Shown piece by piece: positions 15,801 to 31,500 of a DNA stretch of 64,000 nucleotides; within the stretch, counting starts at the first letter, position 1, and each line of letters begins with the position of its first letter. The stretch spans positions 33,666,001 through 33,730,000 of the forward strand of contig OZ024740.1 in the NCBI GenBank assembly GCA_964016885.1, read 5' to 3'. Source of the DNA: Eledone cirrhosa (Eukaryota). The translations under genes and the position numbers were made by a program. The notes beneath the pieces were generated by a model. The model saw nothing but the letters and a program-made list of their open reading frames with translations, was not told the DNA's origin and searched no databases.

Positions 15801-18800
15801 TATCTTCTAACTCTCTCTCTTACCATCAACCATCTTTACTGCTATCTTCCAACTCTCTCTTACCATCAACCATCTTTACTGCTACCTTCCAACTCTCTCT
15901 TACCAATAACCATCTTTACTGCTATCTTCTAACTCTCTCTTACCATCAACCATCTTTACTGCTACCTTCCAACTCTCTCTTACCATCAACCATCTTTACT
16001 GCTAACTTCCAACTCTCTCTTACCAATAACCATCTTTACTGCTATCTTCTAACTCTCTCTCTTACCATCAACCATCTTTACTGCTATCTTCCAACTCTCT
16101 CTTACCATCAACCATCTTTACTGCTATCTTCCAACTCTCTCTTACCAATAACCCTCTTTACTGCTATCTTCTAACTCTCTCTTACCATCAACCATCTTTA
16201 CTGCTATCTTCCAACTCTCTCTTACCAATAACCCTCTTTACTGCTATCTTCTAACTCTCTCTTACCATCAACCATCTTTACTGCTATCTTCCAACTCTCT
16301 CTTACCAATAACCCTCTTTACTGCTACCTTCCAACTCTCACTTACCATCAACCATCTTTACTGCTATCTTCCAACTCTCTCTTACCATCAACCATCTTTA
16401 CTGCTATCTTCCAACTCTCTCTTACCAATAACCCTCTTTACTGCTATCTTCTAACTCTCTCTTACCATCAACCATCTTTACTGCTATCTTCCAACTCTCT
16501 CTTACCATCAACCATCTTTACTGCTATCTTCCAACTCTCTCTTACCATCAACCATCTTTACTGCTATCTTCCAACTCTCTCTTACCAATAACCATCTTTA
16601 CTGCTATCTTCTAACTCTCTCTTACCATCAACTGTCTTTACTGCTACCTTCCAACTCTCTCTTACCATCAACCATCTTTACTGCTATCTTCCAACTCTCT
16701 CTTACCATCAACCATCTTTACTGCTACCTTCCAACTCTCTCTTACCATCAACCATCTTTACTGCTATCTTCCAACTCTCTCTTACCATCAACCATCTTTA
16801 CTGCTATCTTCCAACTCTCTCTTACCATCAACCATCTTTACTGCTATCTTCCAACTCTCTCTTACCAATAACCATCTTTACTGCTATCTTCTAACTCTCT
16901 CTTACCATCAACCATCTTTACTGCTATCTTCCAACTCTCTCTTACCAATAACCATCTTTACTGCCATCTTCCAACTCTCTCTTACCATCAACCATCTTTT
17001 CTGCTACCTTCCAACTCTCTCTCTTACCATCAACCATCTTTACTGCTATCTTCCCACTCTCTCTTACCATCAACCATCTTTACTGCTATCTTCTAACTCT
17101 CTCTTACCATCAACCATCTTTACTGCTATCTTCCAACTCTCTCTTACCATCAACCATCTTTACTGCTATCTTCCAACTCTCTCTTACCAATAACCCTCTT
17201 TACTGCTATCTTCCAACTCTCTCTTACCATCAACCATCTTTACTGCTATCTTCCAACTCTCTCTTACCATCAACCATCTTTACTGCTATCTTCCAACTCT
17301 CTCTTACCATCAACCATCTTTACTGCTATCTTCCAACTCTCTCTTACCATCAATCATCTTTACTGCTATCTTCCAACTCTCTCTTACCGTCAACCATCTT
17401 TACTGCTACCTTCCAACTCTCACTTACCATCAACCATCTTTACTGCTATCTTCCAACTCTCTCTTACCATCAACCATCTTTACTGCTATCTTCCAACTCT
17501 CTCTTACCATCAACCATCTTTACTGCTATCTTCCAACTCTCTCTTACCATCAACCATCTTTACTGCTATCTTCCAACTCTCTCTTACCATCAACCATCTT
17601 TACTGCTATCTTCCAACTCTCTCTTACCAATAACCCTCTTTACTGCTATCTTCTAACTCTCTCTTACCATCAACCATCTTTACTGCTATCTTCCAACTCT
17701 CTCTTACCAATAACCCTCTTTACTGCTATCTTCTAACTCTCTCTTACCATCAACCATCTTTACTGCTATCTTCCAACTCTCTCTTACCAATAACCCTCTT
17801 TACTGCTACCTTCCAACTCTCACTTACCATCAACCATCTTTACTGCTATCTTCCAACTCTCTCTTACCATCAACCATCTTTACTGCTATCTTCCAACTCT
17901 CTCTTACCAATAACCCTCTTTACTGCTATCTTCTAACTCTCTCTTACCATCAACCATCTTTACTGCTATCTTCCAACTCTCTCTTACCATCAACCATCTT
18001 TACTGCTATCTTCCAACTCTCTCTTACCATCAACCATCTTTACTGCTATCTTCCAACTCTCTCTTACCAATAACCATCTTTACTGCTATCTTCTAACTCT
18101 CTCTTACCATCAACTGTCTTTACTGCTACCTTCCAACTCTCTCTTACCATCAACCATCTTTACTGCTATCTTCCAACTCTCTCTTACCATCAACCATCTT
18201 TACTGCTACCTTCCAACTCTCTCTTACCATCAACCATCTTTACTGCTATCTTCCAACTCTCTCTTACCATCAACCATCTTTACTGCTATCTTCCAACTCT
18301 CTCTTACCATCAACCATCTTTACTGCTATCTTCCAACTCTCTCTTACCAATAACCATCTTTACTGCTATCTTCTAACTCTCTCTTACCATCAACCATCTT
18401 TACTGCTATCTTCCAACTCTCTCTTACCAATAACCATCTTTACTGCCATCTTCCAACTCTCTCTTACCATCAACCATCTTTTCTGCTACCTTCCAACTCT
18501 CTCTCTTACCATCAACCATCTTTACTGCTATCTTCCCACTCTCTCTTACCATCAACCATCTTTACTGCTATCTTCTAACTCTCTCTTACCATCAACCATC
18601 TTTACTGCTATCTTCCAACTCTCTCTTACCATCAACCATCTTTACTGCTATCTTCCAACTCTCTCTTACCAATAACCCTCTTTACTGCTATCTTCCAACT
18701 CTCTCTTACCATCAACCATCTTTACTGCTATCTTCCAACTCTCTCTTACCATCAACCATCTTTACTGCTATCTTCCAACTCTCTCTTACCATCAACCATC

Positions 18801-21800
18801 TTTACTGCTATCTTCCAACTCTCTCTTACCATCAATCATCTTTACTGCTATCTTCCAACTCTCTCTTACCGTCAACCATCTTTACTGCTACCTTCCAACT
18901 CTCACTTACCATCAACCATCTTTACTGCTATCTTCCAACTCTCTCTTACCATCAACCATCTTTACTGCTATCTTCCAACTCTCTCTTACCATCAACCATC
19001 TTTACTGCTATCTTCCAACTCTCTCTTACCATCAACCATCTTTACTGCTATCTTCCAACTCTCTCTTACCATCAACCATCTTTACTGCTATCTTCCAACT
19101 CTCTCTTACCAATAACCCTCTTTACTGCTATCTTCTAACTCTCTCTTACCATCAACCATCTTTACTGCTATCTTCCAACTCTCTCTTACCAATAACCCTC
19201 TTTACTGCTATCTTCTAACTCTCTCTTACCATCAACCATCTTTACTGCTATCTTCCAACTCTCTCTTACCATCAATCATCTTTACTGCTATCTTCCAACT
19301 CTCTCTTACCGTCAACCATCTTTACTGCTACCTTCCAACTCTCACTTACCATCAACCATCTTTACTGCTATCTTCCAACTCTCTCTTACCATCAACCATC
19401 TTTACTGCTATCTTCCAACTCTCTCTTACCATCAACCATCTTTACTGCTATCTTCCAACTCTCTCTTACCATCAACCATCTTTACTGCTATCTTCCAACT
19501 CTCTCTTACCATCAACCATCTTTACTGCTATCTTCCAACTCTCTCTTACCAATAACCCTCTTTACTGCTATCTTCTAACTCTCTCTTACCATCAACCATC
19601 TTTACTGCTATCTTCCAACTCTCTCTTACCAATAACCCTCTTTACTGCTATCTTCTAACTCTCTCTTACCATCAACCATCTTTACTGCTATCTTCCAACT
19701 CTCTCTTACCATCAACCATCTTTACTGCTATCTTCCAACTCTCTCTTACCATCAACCATCTTTACTGCTATCTTCCAACTCTCTCTTACCATCAACCATC
19801 TTTACTGCTATCTTCCAACTCTCTCTTACCATCAATCATCTTTACTGCTATCTTCCAACTCTCTCTTACCGTCAACCATCTTTACTGCTACCTTCCAACT
19901 CTCACTTACCATCAACCATCTTTACTGCTATCTTCCAACTCTCTCTTACCATCAACCATCTTTACTGCTATCTTCCAACTCTCTCTTACCATCAACCATC
20001 TTTACTGCTACCTTCCAACTCTCTCTTACCATCAACCATCTTTACTGCTATCTTCCAACTCTCTCTTACCATCAACCATCTTTTCTGCTACCTTCCAACT
20101 CTCTCTCTTACCATCAACCATCTTTACTGCTATCTTCCCACTCTCTCTTACCATCAACCATCTTTACTGCTATCTTCTAACTCTCTCTTACCATCAACCA
20201 TCTTTACTGCTATCTTCCAACTCTCTCTTACCATCAATCATCTTTACTGCTATCTTCCAACTCTCTCTTACCTTCAACCATCTTTACTGCTACCTTCCAA
20301 CTCTCACTTACCATCAACCATCTTTACTGCTATCTTCCAACTCTCTCTTACCATCAACCATCTTTACTGCTATCTTCTAACTCTCTCTTACCATCAACCA
20401 TCTTTACTGCTACCTTCCAACTCTCTCTTACCATCAACCATCTTTACTGCTATCTTCTAACTCTCTCTTACCATCAACCATCTTTACTGCTATCTTCTAA
20501 CTCTCTCTTACCATCAACCATCTTTACTGCTATCTTCTAACTGTCTCTTACCATCAACCATCTTTACTGCTACCTTCCAACTCTCTCTTACCAATAACCA
20601 TCTTTACTGCTATCTTCTAACTCTCTCTCTTACCATCAACCATCTTTACTGCTATCTTCCAACTCTCTCTTACCATCAACCATCTTTACTGCTACCTTCC
20701 AACTCTCTCTTACCAATAACCATCTTTACTGCTATCTTCTAACTCTCTCTTACCATCAACCATCTTTACTGCTACCTTCCAACTCTCTCTTACCATCAAC
20801 CATCTTTACTGCTAACTTCCAACTCTCTCTTACCAATAACCATCTTTACTGCTATCTTCTAACTCTCTCTCTTACCATCAACCATCTTTACTGCTATCTT
20901 CCAACTCTCTCTTACCATCAACCATCTTTACTGCTATCTTCCAACTCTCTCTTACCAATAACCCTCTTTACTGCTATCTTCTAACTCTCTCTTACCATCA
21001 ACCATCTTTACTGCTATCTTCCAACTCTCTCTTACCAATAACCCTCTTTACTGCTATCTTCTAACTCTCTCTTACCATCAACCATCTTTACTGCTATCTT
21101 CCAACTCTCTCTTACCAATAACCCTCTTTACTGCTACCTTCCAACTCTCACTTACCATCAACCATCTTTACTGCTATCTTCCAACTCTCTCTTACCATCA
21201 ACCATCTTTACTGCTATCTTCCAACTCTCTCTTACCAATAACCCTCTTTACTGCTATCTTCTAACTCTCTCTTACCATCAACCATCTTTACTGCTATCTT
21301 CCAACTCTCTCTTACCATCAACCATCTTTACTGCTATCTTCCAACTCTCTCTTACCATCAACCATCTTTACTGCTATCTTCCAACTCTCTCTTACCAATA
21401 ACCATCTTTACTGCTATCTTCTAACTCTCTCTTACCATCAACTGTCTTTACTGCTACCTTCCAACTCTCTCTTACCATCAACCATCTTTACTGCTATCTT
21501 CCAACTCTCTCTTACCATCAACCATCTTTACTGCTACCTTCCAACTCTCTCTTACCATCAACCATCTTTACTGCTATCTTCCAACTCTCTCTTACCATCA
21601 ACCATCTTTACTGCTATCTTCCAACTCTCTCTTACCATCAACCATCTTTACTGCTATCTTCCAACTCTCTCTTACCAATAACCATCTTTACTGCTATCTT
21701 CTAACTCTCTCTTACCATCAACCATCTTTACTGCTATCTTCCAACTCTCTCTTACCAATAACCATCTTTACTGCCATCTTCCAACTCTCTCTTACCATCA

Positions 21801-22599
21801 ACCATCTTTTCTGCTACCTTCCAACTCTCTCTCTTACCATCAACCATCTTTACTGCTATCTTCCCACTCTCTCTTACCATCAACCATCTTTACTGCTATC
21901 TTCTAACTCTCTCTTACCATCAACCATCTTTACTGCTATCTTCCAACTCTCTCTTACCATCAACCATCTTTACTGCTATCTTCCAACTCTCTCTTACCAA
22001 TAACCCTCTTTACTGCTATCTTCCAACTCTCTCTTACCATCAACCATCTTTACTGCTATCTTCCAACTCTCTCTTACCATCAACCATCTTTACTGCTATC
22101 TTCCAACTCTCTCTTACCATCAACCATCTTTACTGCTATCTTCCAACTCTCTCTTACCATCAATCATCTTTACTGCTATCTTCCAACTCTCTCTTACCGT
22201 CAACCATCTTTACTGCTACCTTCCAACTCTCACTTACCATCAACCATCTTTACTGCTATCTTCCAACTCTCTCTTACCATCAACCATCTTTACTGCTATC
22301 TTCCAACTCTCTCTTACCATCAACCATCTTTACTGCTATCTTCCAACTCTCTCTTACCATCAACCATCTTTACTGCTATCTTCCAACTCTCTCTTACCAT
22401 CAACCATCTTTACTGCTATCTTCCAACTCTCTCTTACCAATAACCCTCTTTACTGCTATCTTCTAACTCTCTCTTACCATCAACCATCTTTACTGCTATC
22501 TTCCAACTCTCTCTTACCAATAACCCTCTTTACTGCTATCTTCTAACTCTCTCTTACCATCAACCATCTTTACTGCTATCTTCCAACTCTCTCTTACCA
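12730..22599 (+). repeat. Tandem duplication of a 4810-bp unit (3328-bp unit plus 1482-bp partial unit)
   Basis: The CAACTGTC marker is at 13305, 16633, 18115 and 21443 (spacings 3328, 1482, 3328). The ACCTTCAAC marker is at 15463 and 20273 (4810 apart). Confidence 0.85.
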
Positions 22600-25500
22600 T
22601 CAATCATCTTTACTGCTATCTTCCAACTCTCTCTTACCGTCAACCATCTTTACTGCTACCTTCCAACTCTCACTTACCATCAACCATCTTTACTGCTATC
22701 TTCCAACTCTCTCTTACCATCAACCATCTTTACTGCTATCTTCCAACTCTCTCTTACCATCAACCATCTTTACTGCTATCTTCCAACTCTCTCTTACCAT
22801 CAACCATCTTTACTGCTATCTTCCAACTCTCTCTTACCATCAACCATCTTTACTGCTATCTTCCAACTCTCTCTTACCAATAACCCTCTTTACTGCTATC
22901 TTCTAACTCTCTCTTACCATCAACCATCTTTACTGCTATCTTCCAACTCTCTCTTACCAATAACCCTCTTTACTGCTATCTTCTAACTCTCTCTTACCAT
23001 CAACCATCTTTACTGCTATCTTCCAACTCTCTCTTACCATCAACCATCTTTACTGCTATCTTCCAACTCTCTCTTACCATCAACCATCTTTACTGCTATC
23101 TTCCAACTCTCTCTTACCATCAACCATCTTTACTGCTATCTTCCAACTCTCTCTTACCATCAATCATCTTTACTGCTATCTTCCAACTCTCTCTTACCGT
23201 CAACCATCTTTACTGCTACCTTCCAACTCTCACTTACCATCAACCATCTTTACTGCTATCTTCCAACTCTCTCTTACCATCAACCATCTTTACTGCTATC
23301 TTCCAACTCTCTCTTACCATCAACCATCTTTACTGCTACCTTCCAACTCTCTCTTACCATCAACCATCTTTACTGCTATCTTCCAACTCTCTCTTACCAT
23401 CAACCATCTTTTCTGCTACCTTCCAACTCTCTCTCTTACCATCAACCATCTTTACTGCTATCTTCCCACTCTCTCTTACCATCAACCATCTTTACTGCTA
23501 TCTTCTAACTCTCTCTTACCATCAACCATCTTTACTGCTATCTTCCAACTCTCTCTTACCATCAATCATCTTTACTGCTATCTTCCAACTCTCTCTTACC
23601 GTCAACCATCTTTACTGCTACCTTCCAACTCTCACTTACCATCAACCATCTTTACTGCTATCTTCCAACTCTCTCTTACCATCAACCATCTTTACTGCTA
23701 TCTTCTAACTCTCTCTTACCATCAACCATCTTTACTGCTACCTTCCAACTCTCTCTTACCAATAACCCTCTTTACTGCTATCTTCCAACTCTCTCTTACC
23801 ATCAACCATCTTTACTGCTATCTTCCAACTCTCTCTTACCATCAACCATCTTTACTGCTATCTTCCAACTCTCTCTTACCATCAACCATCTTTACTGCTA
23901 TCTTCTAACTCTCTCTTACCATCAACCATCTTTACTGCTATCTTCCAACTCTCTCTTACCATCAACCATCTTTACTGCTATCTTCCAACTCTCTCTTACC
24001 AATAACCCTCTTTACTGCTATCTTCCAACTCTCTCTTACCATCAACCATCTTTACTGCTATCTTCCAACTCTCTCTTACCATCAACCATCTTTACTGCTA
24101 TCTTCCAACTCTCTCTTACCATCAACCATCTTTACTGCTATCTTCCAACTCTCTCTTACCATCAACCATCTTTACTGCTACCTTCCAACTCTCTCTTACC
24201 ATCAACCATCTTTACTGCTACCTTCCAACTCTCACTTACCATCAACCATCTTTACTGCTATCTTCCAACTCTCTCTTACCATCAACCATCTTTACTGCTA
24301 TCTTCCAACTCTCTCTTACCATCAACCATCTTTACTGCTATCTTCCAACTCTCTCTTACCAATAACCATCTTTACTGCTATCTTCTAACTCTCTCTTACC
24401 ATCAACTGTCTTTACTGCTACCTTCCAACTCTCTCTTACCATCAACCATCTTTACTGCTATCTTCCAACTCTCTCTTACCATCAACCATCTTTACTGCTA
24501 CCTTCCAACTCTCTCTTACCATCAACCATCTTTACTGCTATCTTCCAACTCTCTCTTACCATCAACCATCTTTACTGCTATCTTCCAACTCTCTCTTACC
24601 ATCAACCATCTTTACTGCTATCTTCCAACTCTCTCTTACCAATAACCATCTTTACTGCTATCTTCTAACTCTCTCTTACCATCAACCATCTTTACTGCTA
24701 TCTTCCAACTCTCTCTTACCAATAACCATCTTTACTGCCATCTTCCAACTCTCTCTTACCATCAACCATCTTTTCTGCTACCTTCCAACTCTCTCTCTTA
24801 CCATCAACCATCTTTACTGCTATCTTCCCACTCTCTCTTACCATCAACCATCTTTACTGCTATCTTCTAACTCTCTCTTACCATCAACCATCTTTACTGC
24901 TATCTTCCAACTCTCTCTTACCATCAACCATCTTTACTGCTATCTTCCAACTCTCTCTTACCAATAACCCTCTTTACTGCTATCTTCCAACTCTCTCTTA
25001 CCATCAACCATCTTTACTGCTATCTTCCAACTCTCTCTTACCATCAACCATCTTTACTGCTATCTTCCAACTCTCTCTTACCATCAACCATCTTTACTGC
25101 TATCTTCCAACTCTCTCTTACCATCAATCATCTTTACTGCTATCTTCCAACTCTCTCTTACCGTCAACCATCTTTACTGCTACCTTCCAACTCTCACTTA
25201 CCATCAACCATCTTTACTGCTATCTTCCAACTCTCTCTTACCATCAACCATCTTTACTGCTATCTTCCAACTCTCTCTTACCATCAACCATCTTTACTGC
25301 TATCTTCCAACTCTCTCTTACCATCAACCATCTTTACTGCTATCTTCCAACTCTCTCTTACCATCAACCATCTTTACTGCTATCTTCCAACTCTCTCTTA
25401 CCAATAACCCTCTTTACTGCTATCTTCTAACTCTCTCTTACCATCAACCATCTTTACTGCTATCTTCCAACTCTCTCTTACCAATAACCCTCTTTACTGC

Positions 25501-28500
25501 TATCTTCTAACTCTCTCTTACCATCAACCATCTTTACTGCTATCTTCCAACTCTCTCTTACCATCAATCATCTTTACTGCTATCTTCCAACTCTCTCTTA
25601 CCGTCAACCATCTTTACTGCTACCTTCCAACTCTCACTTACCATCAACCATCTTTACTGCTATCTTCCAACTCTCTCTTACCATCAACCATCTTTACTGC
25701 TATCTTCCAACTCTCTCTTACCATCAACCATCTTTACTGCTATCTTCCAACTCTCTCTTACCATCAACCATCTTTACTGCTATCTTCCAACTCTCTCTTA
25801 CCATCAACCATCTTTACTGCTATCTTCCAACTCTCTCTTACCAATAACCCTCTTTACTGCTATCTTCTAACTCTCTCTTACCATCAACCATCTTTACTGC
25901 TATCTTCCAACTCTCTCTTACCAATAACCCTCTTTACTGCTATCTTCTAACTCTCTCTTACCATCAACCATCTTTACTGCTATCTTCCAACTCTCTCTTA
26001 CCATCAACCATCTTTACTGCTATCTTCCAACTCTCTCTTACCATCAACCATCTTTACTGCTATCTTCCAACTCTCTCTTACCATCAACCATCTTTACTGC
26101 TATCTTCCAACTCTCTCTTACCATCAATCATCTTTACTGCTATCTTCCAACTCTCTCTTACCGTCAACCATCTTTACTGCTACCTTCCAACTCTCACTTA
26201 CCATCAACCATCTTTACTGCTATCTTCCAACTCTCTCTTACCATCAACCATCTTTACTGCTATCTTCCAACTCTCTCTTACCATCAACCATCTTTACTGC
26301 TACCTTCCAACTCTCTCTTACCATCAACCATCTTTACTGCTATCTTCCAACTCTCTCTTACCATCAACCATCTTTTCTGCTACCTTCCAACTCTCTCTCT
26401 TACCATCAACCATCTTTACTGCTATCTTCCCACTCTCTCTTACCATCAACCATCTTTACTGCTATCTTCTAACTCTCTCTTACCATCAACCATCTTTACT
26501 GCTATCTTCCAACTCTCTCTTACCATCAATCATCTTTACTGCTATCTTCCAACTCTCTCTTACCGTCAACCATCTTTACTGCTACCTTCCAACTCTCACT
26601 TACCATCAACCATCTTTACTGCTATCTTCCAACTCTCTCTTACCATCAACCATCTTTACTGCTATCTTCTAACTCTCTCTTACCATCAACCATCTTTACT
26701 GCTACCTTCCAACTCTCTCTTACCATCAACCATCTTTACTGCTATCTTCTAACTCTCTCTTACCATCAACCATCTTTACTGCTATCTTCTAACTCTCTCT
26801 TACCATCAACCATCTTTACTGCTATCTTCTAACTGTCTCTTACCATCAACCATCTTTACTGCTACCTTCCAACTCTCTCTTACCAATAACCATCTTTACT
26901 GCTATCTTCTAACTCTCTCTCTTACCATCAACCATCTTTACTGCTATCTTCCAACTCTCTCTTACCATCAACCATCTTTACTGCTACCTTCCAACTCTCT
27001 CTTACCAATAACCATCTTTACTGCTATCTTCTAACTCTCTCTTACCATCAACCATCTTTACTGCTACCTTCCAACTCTCTCTTACCATCAACCATCTTTA
27101 CTGCTAACTTCCAACTCTCTCTTACCAATAACCATCTTTACTGCTATCTTCTAACTCTCTCTCTTACCATCAACCATCTTTACTGCTATCTTCCAACTCT
27201 CTCTTACCATCAACCATCTTTACTGCTATCTTCCAACTCTCTCTTACCAATAACCCTCTTTACTGCTATCTTCTAACTCTCTCTTACCATCAACCATCTT
27301 TACTGCTATCTTCAAACTCTCTCTTACCAATAACCATCTTTACTGCCATCTTCCAACTCTCTCTTACCATCAACCATCTTTTCTGCTATCTTCCAACTCT
27401 CTCTCTTACCATCAACCATCTTTACTGCTATCTTCCAACTCTCTCTCTTACCATCTTTACTGCTATCTTCTAACTCTCTCTTACCATCAACCATCTTTAC
27501 TGCTATCTTCCAACTCTCTCTCTTACCATCAACCATCTTTACTGCTATCTTCTAACTCTCTCTTACCATCAACCATCTTTACTGCTATCTTCCAACTCTC
27601 TCTTACCATCAACCATCTTTACTGCTATCTTCCAACTCTCTCTTACCATCAACCATCTTTACTGATATCTTCCAACTCTCTCTTTACCAATAACCATCTT
27701 TACTGCTATCTTCCAACTCTCTCTCTTACCATCAACCATCTTTACTGCTATCTTCCAACCGTCTCTTACCATCAACCATCTTTACTGCTACCTTCCAACT
27801 CTCTCTTACCATCAACCATCTTTACTGCTATCTTCTAACTCTCTCTTACCATCAACCATCTTTACTGCTATCTTCCAACTCTCTCTTACCATCAACCATC
27901 TTTACTGCTATCTTCCAACTGTCTCTTACCATCAACCATCTTTACTGCTATCTTCCAACTGTCTCTTACCATCAACCATCTTTACTGCTATCTTCCAAGT
28001 CTCTCTTACCATCAACCATCTTTACTGCTATCTTCCAACTGTCTCTAACCATCAACCATCTTTACTGCTATCTTCCAACTCTCTCTTACCATCAACCATC
28101 TTTACTGCTATCTTCCAACGCTCTCTTACCATCAACCATCTTTACTGCTATCTTCCAACTCTCTCTTACCAATAACCCTCTTTACTGCTATCTTCTAACT
28201 CTCTCTTACCATCAACCATCTTTACTGCTATCTTCCAACTCTCTCTTACCATCAATCATCTTTACTGCTATCTTCCAACTCTCTCTTACCGTCAACCATC
28301 TTTACTGCTACCTTCCAACTCTCACTTACCATCAACCATCTTTACTGCTATCTTCCAACTCTCTCTTACCATCAACCATCTTTACTGCTATCTTCCAACT
28401 CTCTCTTACCATCAACCATCTTTACTGCTATCTTCCAACTCTCTCTTACCATCAACCATCTTTACTGCTATCTTCCAACTCTCTCTTACCATCAACCATC

Positions 28501-31500
28501 TTTACTGCTATCTTCCAACTCTCTCTTACCAATAACCCTCTTTACTGCTATCTTCTAACTCTCTCTTACCATCAACCATCTTTACTGCTATCTTCCAACT
28601 CTCTCTTACCAATAACCCTCTTTACTGCTATCTTCTAACTCTCTCTTACCATCAACCATCTTTACTGCTATCTTCCAACTCTCTCTTACCATCAACCATC
28701 TTTACTGCTATCTTCCAACTCTCTCTTACCATCAACCATCTTTACTGCTATCTTCCAACTCTCTCTTACCATCAACCATCTTTACTGCTATCTTCCAACT
28801 CTCTCTTACCATCAATCATCTTTACTGCTATCTTCCAACTCTCTCTTACCGTCAACCATCTTTACTGCTACCTTCCAACTCTCACTTACCATCAACCATC
28901 TTTACTGCTATCTTCCAACTCTCTCTTACCATCAACCATCTTTACTGCTATCTTCCAACTCTCTCTTACCATCAACCATCTTTACTGCTACCTTCCAACT
29001 CTCTCTTACCATCAACCATCTTTACTGCTATCTTCCAACTCTCTCTTACCATCAACCATCTTTTCTGCTACCTTCCAACTCTCTCTCTTACCATCAACCA
29101 TCTTTACTGCTATCTTCCCACTCTCTCTTACCATCAACCATCTTTACTGCTATCTTCTAACTCTCTCTTACCATCAACCATCTTTACTGCTATCTTCCAA
29201 CTCTCTCTTACCATCAATCATCTTTACTGCTATCTTCCAACTCTCTCTTACCGTCAACCATCTTTACTGCTACCTTCCAACTCTCACTTACCATCAACCA
29301 TCTTTACTGCTATCTTCCAACTCTCTCTTACCATCAACCATCTTTACTGCTATCTTCTAACTCTCTCTTACCATCAACCATCTTTACTGCTACCTTCCAA
29401 CTCTCTCTTACCAATAACCCTCTTTACTGCTATCTTCCAACTCTCTCTTACCATCAACCATCTTTACTGCTATCTTCCAACTCTCTCTTACCATCAACCA
29501 TCTTTACTGCTATCTTCCAACTCTCTCTTACCATCAACCATCTTTACTGCTATCTTCTAACTCTCTCTTACCATCAACCATCTTTACTGCTATCTTCCAA
29601 CTCTCTCTTACCATCAACCATCTTTACTGCTATCTTCCAACTCTCTCTTACCAATAACCCTCTTTACTGCTATCTTCCAACTCTCTCTTACCATCAACCA
29701 TCTTTACTGCTATCTTCCAACTCTCTCTTACCATCAACCATCTTTACTGCTATCTTCCAACTCTCTCTTACCATCAACCATCTTTACTGCTATCTTCCAA
29801 CTCTCTCTTACCATCAATCATCTTTACTGCTATCTTCCAACTCTCTCTTACCGTCAACCATCTTTACTGCTACCTTCCAACTCTCACTTACCATCAACCA
29901 TCTTTACTGCTATCTTCCAACTCTCTCTTACCATCAACCATCTTTACTGCTATCTTCCAACTCTCTCTTACCATCAACCATCTTTACTGCTATCTTCCAA
30001 CTCTCTCTTACCAATAACCATCTTTACTGCTATCTTCTAACTCTCTCTTACCATCAACTGTCTTTACTGCTACCTTCCAACTCTCTCTTACCATCAACCA
30101 TCTTTACTGCTATCTTCCAACTCTCTCTTACCATCAACCATCTTTACTGCTACCTTCCAACTCTCTCTTACCATCAACCATCTTTACTGCTATCTTCCAA
30201 CTCTCTCTTACCATCAACCATCTTTACTGCTATCTTCCAACTCTCTCTTACCATCAACCATCTTTACTGCTATCTTCCAACTCTCTCTTACCAATAACCA
30301 TCTTTACTGCTATCTTCTAACTCTCTCTTACCATCAACCATCTTTACTGCTATCTTCCAACTCTCTCTTACCAATAACCATCTTTACTGCCATCTTCCAA
30401 CTCTCTCTTACCATCAACCATCTTTTCTGCTACCTTCCAACTCTCTCTCTTACCATCAACCATCTTTACTGCTATCTTCCCACTCTCTCTTACCATCAAC
30501 CATCTTTACTGCTATCTTCTAACTCTCTCTTACCATCAACCATCTTTACTGCTATCTTCCAACTCTCTCTTACCATCAACCATCTTTACTGCTATCTTCC
30601 AACTCTCTCTTACCAATAACCCTCTTTACTGCTATCTTCCAACTCTCTCTTACCATCAACCATCTTTACTGCTATCTTCCAACTCTCTCTTACCATCAAC
30701 CATCTTTACTGCTATCTTCCAACTCTCTCTTACCATCAACCATCTTTACTGCTATCTTCCAACTCTCTCTTACCATCAATCATCTTTACTGCTATCTTCC
30801 AACTCTCTCTTACCGTCAACCATCTTTACTGCTACCTTCCAACTCTCACTTACCATCAACCATCTTTACTGCTATCTTCCAACTCTCTCTTACCATCAAC
30901 CATCTTTACTGCTATCTTCCAACTCTCTCTTACCATCAACCATCTTTACTGCTATCTTCCAACTCTCTCTTACCATCAACCATCTTTACTGCTATCTTCC
31001 AACTCTCTCTTACCATCAACCATCTTTACTGCTATCTTCCAACTCTCTCTTACCAATAACCCTCTTTACTGCTATCTTCTAACTCTCTCTTACCATCAAC
31101 CATCTTTACTGCTATCTTCCAACTCTCTCTTACCAATAACCCTCTTTACTGCTATCTTCTAACTCTCTCTTACCATCAACCATCTTTACTGCTATCTTCC
31201 AACTCTCTCTTACCATCAATCATCTTTACTGCTATCTTCCAACTCTCTCTTACCGTCAACCATCTTTACTGCTACCTTCCAACTCTCACTTACCATCAAC
31301 CATCTTTACTGCTATCTTCCAACTCTCTCTTACCATCAACCATCTTTACTGCTATCTTCCAACTCTCTCTTACCATCAACCATCTTTACTGCTATCTTCC
31401 AACTCTCTCTTACCATCAACCATCTTTACTGCTATCTTCCAACTCTCTCTTACCATCAACCATCTTTACTGCTATCTTCCAACTCTCTCTTACCAATAAC

